A stretch of DNA of 55,050 bases, counting the filler, from Sphacelaria rigidula (lineage: Eukaryota): assembly GCA_964200075.2 (NCBI GenBank). It is 4 parts of 4 records of this genome, joined end to end, with 100 filler letters (N's around TTAATTAATTAA, not from the genome) between each part and the next. Parts side by side here need not be neighbours in the genome. Positions count along the whole stretch, not along the records: positions 41,365 to 55,050 come from CAXNAA020002723.1; 3 more parts are not named here. One strand, written 5' to 3'. This document shows positions 50,301 to 55,050 of this stretch, one piece after another (within the stretch, counting starts at the first letter, position 1; the number at the start of each line of letters is the position of its first letter). The notes under the pieces are model-generated. The model was not told where the DNA came from and did not search any database. It was given only the letters and a program-made list of their open reading frames with translations. The position numbers and the translations under genes were made by a program.

Positions 50301-53300
50301 ATCGCGGACAAAGGCCGGGTGGCCGCCGACGCTACTGGACGCGGCCACGGTGGTGACGGCGGCGGGAAGATTGGTGCTGCATGGGATCGCCGGTCTTTCA
50401 TCAGAGACAATGGTCCAGCTGAAGTCGAGCCAAATCATAGGCGTGAGTGCAAAATAGGGTTGTGTGCGCTTGCCGAAGCAATAGGAGCAGCTGCCTCTTT
50501 TGCTGTGTTGTGCGAAGCAGCTCACACGGGGATGACGCGCGAGCATCTCCGTTATCGCTTAATAGCCCCGAGCCTTCCTGACCACGTGGTGCTGTGCGTG
50601 GTAGCATAACATTGTAGGCGGGGTGCGATAGCGCTAGCGTTCTCGGGGGAGAGGAAAACATGAATTATTCTCCATCCGGGCGATAAAGAGGGACAGGGAT
50701 TGCTTCCGTTCGTAGGCTCTTGTGGTGTGTGCTGGTTTCCGCAGCTATACCAGCGGAAACGCAGGCAACTCACTACCGGACGTGGAAGATTGGGATAGCA
50801 GGCCGAAACAATACAACGAGCTTTCGTATTTGCATCTCTGCGCTGCGAGTCAAACATTCACGATATGGGGGCATGCTATGTGGTCGGTTTAGTGAACCTC
50901 GTAGCCTCAAGAAGCCGCAGTTCAGCGTGGGTATCTTGACGTTGACCAGCATATTTGCCATTCGGTCAACGTGTGTGTGTGTGTGGGGGGGGGGGGTTAT
51001 CCATATCCATGGTCGAACGGGCGTCCTGACTTGATCAAGAAACACGAGTATGCCTGACGAATGAAGATCGCATTATTGACGTGCGCGTTATCGTGTGTTT
51101 TTTAGCTTGGTTCAAACGATTAGCTGGATTGTGTTTTTGTTCGTTTGTTCGTTTGGTTGATTTGTTGTACCTTTTCATGGCAAAATGTGTCCCTTTTCAT
51201 GGCAAAATGTGTCCCTTTTCATGGCAGAGATGATCCGGAAGCTTACCTGGTGGACACCCATGGCGCGTGAAGGATGGTTCTTTGATTGATTCGATTTATT
51301 GATTTGATGGATTGGTTGTCGCACTTTAAGTGACCCCCCAGGTAGTCATGATTCAGTCGTGGTCACTTGATAGACGTACCCAAGAAAAACAAAACTAAAA
51401 CACTCGCTGAAGAAAAAGAAGAAGCAGAAAAAGTACTTTAGGACAGCTATGACGTTTTGCACGACAGCGAATATCTTCCATGGCCTTAGCGAGCTTCGTG
51501 GTGGGTAAAATCTTCGACACCGATCACTCTTTTCTCTCGACCGCAAAGCAACTGGGATTTTTTTTGTCTGTAGCGGATCCATGCTTCGCATTATCAGGCC
51601 AAATGTTGTCGCATCAGACCAAGTTTCATCGACGTCATACTATGACTTAAGTGGGGCTGCTTACAGCAGTTGGGGGGTTCAAGTGTGCGCGTACCGTAAA
51701 TTGTCGTTGTTGATTTTAATTTTTTCCTGATTGATCCTTCGTGCGCCGTGTGCACCTATATGCATCTCAGATATTTCTCGGAAGCTGTGCGAGATACCTG
51801 GCTGCGAAATCCAGCCGAGCTACGGCCAAAAGGGTGAGTAAGCGCAGAGGAAATAGTGCAGCCGTTGTCGCAGCTTAGTGCATACGTTTGGACAGCATGG
51901 GGTCACCCTATCTAGCGGAGTACTGCACGTCCGGTGGGATACGTTCTTTTTTGAGTCTCACTTCACTCAAGATATATGTTCCTGTTCTTTCAGAGAGTTC
52001 ACCGCTCATCTCATGAATTTCTTAACGGTATGTCCTCGAAATACGGAAATGTTCAGTGGTGGGCCGTCGTAGCCGTTAAGCAAACCCAGGCTCATTGTTC
52101 CCCTCCAGGGGTGATCGTGCACTCAGGCATGTACGATGGGCTGGTCGTGTTCCCTTCATGCACCCCCTCGGCTTCACAACTGTGGGTAGTATATGGAGTG
52201 GGGAAGCGTCACAACGTTGTTCGATGCATGAAAGGTCTATGGGGGGTGTAATTGTACGTAAATTTCGGAAATTTGCACTGTCGTTCGTCTCCCGCATATC
52301 TGTGACAACTTGCGTCCGGCATGGTACTGTTGCAAGAGTATTTTCATATGTAGGGCTGTATAGGCTGATATCTTCGTCGCAGCGACATCAGAACACTTCG
52401 AAGACCCTGTGTATGTGCAGGACAGAACGCTCGAATCAGGCGTGCACTGTTCTTGGATACGTCTACCTTTCGGTCAGAGCTAAACCTTGTAGCAAACCAG
52501 CTATTGCTCAACAATCTATCAATCAATCATTCAATGAACCCATCCATCATTAAACTGTGACGCGTCTACTTACTTGGTGTATGGGCGATGGCCTCTTCCG
52601 TCATACGCATGGGAGTATCACCCCGTGAACACGACCTCTCCCTGTTTGGAGATTGCCAACCTGGGGCAAAAAATCCTCAAATAATGTGGATTAGGTGGAT
52701 ACTTGGATGCATCTTTCCCTGACACGCCCTGCGCGCAAGCCGGGTTGCAGGAGGACCCCGAAAAAAACGTTGTCTTTTCCCTTTCCCGGAATCTGCTCGC
52801 GGTTGCCGTCTTCTGCTCTCTGTCGCGAACCGACTTTGCGTGAACACATCCAGGGACGAGGAAAGCAATTTTCTGCTCGAACCACAAGGGGCCGGGAATG
52901 GTGGCCGTGAAGAACCGTCCTTGTGCCTTCCCAGGGTGAGCAGAAAACACTCCCGTTACAGGCCTTTATTGCACACAAATTGCGTGTGTGCAGAATGCTG
53001 GTGATAAGATTGCAACGGCAGGTTGCCTAGGTTATACTCGATTGCGGGGGTATTTTGAAATTCGTACTTCAAGTACTCGAATTGGGGTAGGGTGTAAGGA
53101 GTCGTACCCAAAACGTGCCTGGAGAAGCGATCGAATCCTAGTACCCTACCCGAATCGGTGTACTTTGAGCACGACTTTCAAAATACCCCCGCAGTTGAGT
53201 ATACCCTACTCGACCTGCCCTTAAAAGATTGGTGATCGCAATGTAGGCTGTAGTCCGGCGTTCCACCGTGTGCGTGGGGTGCTGTCAGAAATCCGTCGAT

Positions 53301-53354
53301 GAGACGGCAGAAAAACATTCGCTGCCTCTCGTGCATCTATAATACCAAATCTTG

Positions 53355-53439
<85 letters not shown>

Positions 53440-54296
53440 TGTGTGTGTTGTGGAACTATCATACCAAGTCTGACGCATGCAAATATCCAAGGGCAGGTCG
53501 AGTAGGGTATATACTCAATTGCGGGGTGTTTTGAAATTCGCACGTAAAGTACACAAATCCGGGTAGAGTGTTAAGAGATCGCTTTCCAGCCATTTTTTGG
53601 GTGCGACTCCTTACACCTCAACCCAATTTGAGTACTTGAAGTACGACTTCCAAAATACCCCGCAACTTATTATACCCTACTCGACCTGCTCTTGCAAATG
53701 TCCAAGGTTGTTTTTCGACCGGCTGATACTCAAGGGTGTTCATCGTCGGTGTTCTTCGTCGCGCAAAGCGGGGTCCAGCAACACTGTAGGAAATCCCAGG
53801 CAGCATATGTTGTGAACACCGGGTACCTACCTGCCCACAGGCCGGTAGCGAAGTGATGATGAATGAGGCTTGGTTAGGCGCTAGAGAGTCAGAATAAGTG
53901 AAGCATTCGCGCAGGAACATAGCTCTACTTATTACTATGAGTATAAAATACCACTCATTTGCTCTCTAAACCGTTCTCTCCTCAACCTGTGTCATTTTGA
54001 ATTGCGTGCAAGGAACATTTTGAATTCCGAACCTCTCAAAACAGCAGTCATTGGCAATTCATCCGGAGAGGGGGTGTCGGAGCCGGAGGGTTGATAATGA
54101 ATAATCTCCAGCGTTTAAAAAAAATCTTGTGCCCTTCCTTGTTTTTGTGCACAATCTCCGTATATGACAGATGTGACACTAGACCTCACTACGGAGTCTC
54201 TCGAGGACGCCCGGAGTACTGCGCGCGACACATGACCCGAGGAATGGTCCATATCCTCAAGGAGCAGAGCAACCTGCAGAAGGAAGCGGCGGCGAG
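47385..54296 (+). CDS. EsV-1-7 repeat (Cys/His-rich) protein. Exons 47385-47614, 48536-48650, 49211-49343, 50050-50442, 51771-51833, 52854-52935, 54171-54296; probably continues beyond the contig, otherwise stops at 54300
   Basis: All introns are GT-AG with matching phases (2,0,1,1,1,2). Five C-x4-C...Y...C-x2-H units: CKFKGCSEPPSYSFDGRRPAVRCGNH, CGKKGCGRPATTSYMSQDGRIVRRCSEH, CQYEECMAEPRYGAKKGPLSFCNDHKRVGM, CEIPGCEIQPSYGQKGTRKAIFCSNHKGPGMV, CAFPGCDTRPHYGVSRGRPEYCARHMTRGMV. An Ala/Thr/Gly-rich linker lies between repeats 3 and 4. Confidence 0.85.
47766..48090 (+). mobile_element. tRNA-derived SINE (family A) in intron 1 of the EsV-1-7 gene
   Basis: A-box-like TGGTGCGGTGG, B-box GGTTCGATTCC, body homologous to 186-495, A-rich tail AAATAAAAATAAATAATAAA. 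Confidence 0.8.
49060..49170 (-). repeat. GGGGTGTACTCATG repeat family copy in EsV-1-7 intron 2
   Basis: Colinear with 46530-46640. Confidence 0.85.
51282..51450 (-). mobile_element. LINE 3'UTR fragment with degenerate (AATC)n tail
   Basis: The reverse complement matches 35465-35620 and 44195-44372. Confidence 0.75.
53013..53223 (+). mobile_element. ~210-bp hAT-type MITE, copy 1
   Basis: Imperfect TIR CAACGGCAGG...CCTGCCCTTA, with 8-bp flanks TAAGATTG / AAAGATTG. Confidence 0.75.
53357..53448. repeat. (GT)n microsatellite
   Basis: Read directly from the sequence. Confidence 0.98.
53488..53694 (-). mobile_element. ~210-bp hAT-type MITE, copy 2 (inverted relative to copy 1)
   Basis: TIR CAAGGGCAGGTCGAGTAGGGTATA...TATACCCTACTCGACCTGCTCTTG, with 8-bp flanks CAAATATC / CAAATGTC. 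Confidence 0.82.
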
Positions 54297-54989
54297 GTAA
54301 GACCTCGCGTTTCTGGTTCCTTGCTTGCGACAAATGTTCCTGCTGTAACTACCACGAGCTACTTTTACCCCCGCCTCTTTGAATGCATTGTGGTCTTCAA
54401 CTTGCGCCCCCGGGGAGGTTTGCTTATTTTGGTTCCGCGCAGCCCTCAACTATATTTTTGGTACGCCGAGTCAATATCTGCCGTACACAAGATATGCCGC
54501 CTGAAGAACGGTACTCGTATGCGTTCTCGAAAACCTCGGCTTCCCGTTCGGCAGTGAAAAAATCTGGATGGATAATAGACCATATTTCGACAATCGGCGA
54601 ATGACAACACGCCCGCAGTCATATCATATACGGATGCATCCTTCGCCGAACTTCAGTTTTTGCTTTTATTTTTTTATTTTTTGTGTAGTTTCACATATTC
54701 GTGATGGGGCCAACTTGCGCTGCCGAAACGATTATTCTAGTTCATGCTTTGAGGTCTGGGGCGAGTCTTTCTACCATAGCCCCGCCCCCAACACCAGCCC
54801 AAAGCTGTCACGAAGAAAGTCGCCATACACCGCCTGATGTTTGGCTTCAGGCTGCCTAAAGCGCCTCGTATGGGCGACATTGACGAAAGCGAACCCAAGC
54901 GTGGAAATTCCCAGCTGCTCGGTGTGCCTACGTTTTATCGTTTCGATCCACGTGTAGGTTTTGCCCCCCCCAGACCAGCCACTTTTTTG

Positions 54990-55050
54990 GGGTGGGGGTG
55001 TACTCATGACTATGCACGCCGAAGTCATAAGACCATTGACCTCGCATCCC
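54990..55050 (+). repeat. GGGGTGTACTCATG repeat family, truncated by the contig/window end
   Basis: GGGGGTGTACTCATGACTATGCACGCCGAAGTCATAAGACCATTGACCTCGCATCCC. Confidence 0.85.

Noticed and set aside
47385..55050. Integrated phaeovirus (EsV-1-like) provirus
   Set aside because: The EsV-1-7 gene has spliceosomal introns containing host transposons, and no intronless viral core genes are present.

Overview
Eukaryotic, intron-rich genomic DNA, most likely from a brown alga (Phaeophyceae). This is inferred from an EsV-1-7-repeat gene, many short exons separated by long introns, and the repeat landscape. The window is not one locus. It is four separate contigs of 13689, 13688, 13687 and 13686 bp (1-13689, 13790-27477, 27578-41264, 41365-55050), sorted by size and joined by artificial 100-bp N44-TTAATTAATTAA-N44 spacers. 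Three spliced genes could be built by hand: a CEP83/CCDC41-like centriolar coiled-coil gene (minus strand, 8 exons), a glutathione S-transferase-like gene (minus strand, 5 supported exons, ends and one junction unresolved) and a gene with five EsV-1-7 Cys/His repeats (plus strand, 7 exons). The rest is mostly non-autonomous DNA transposons (piggyBac-, Tc1/mariner-, PIF/Harbinger- and hAT-type, assigned from TIRs and TSDs), tRNA-derived SINEs, LINE 3' fragments, microsatellites and fold-back structures. I found no convincing new multi-gene system. The most unusual items are a ~2-kb old palindrome, a TIR element family carrying an internal tRNA-like cassette, a three-level nested transposon stack in a GST intron, and a 120-bp repeat array that switches orientation twice.
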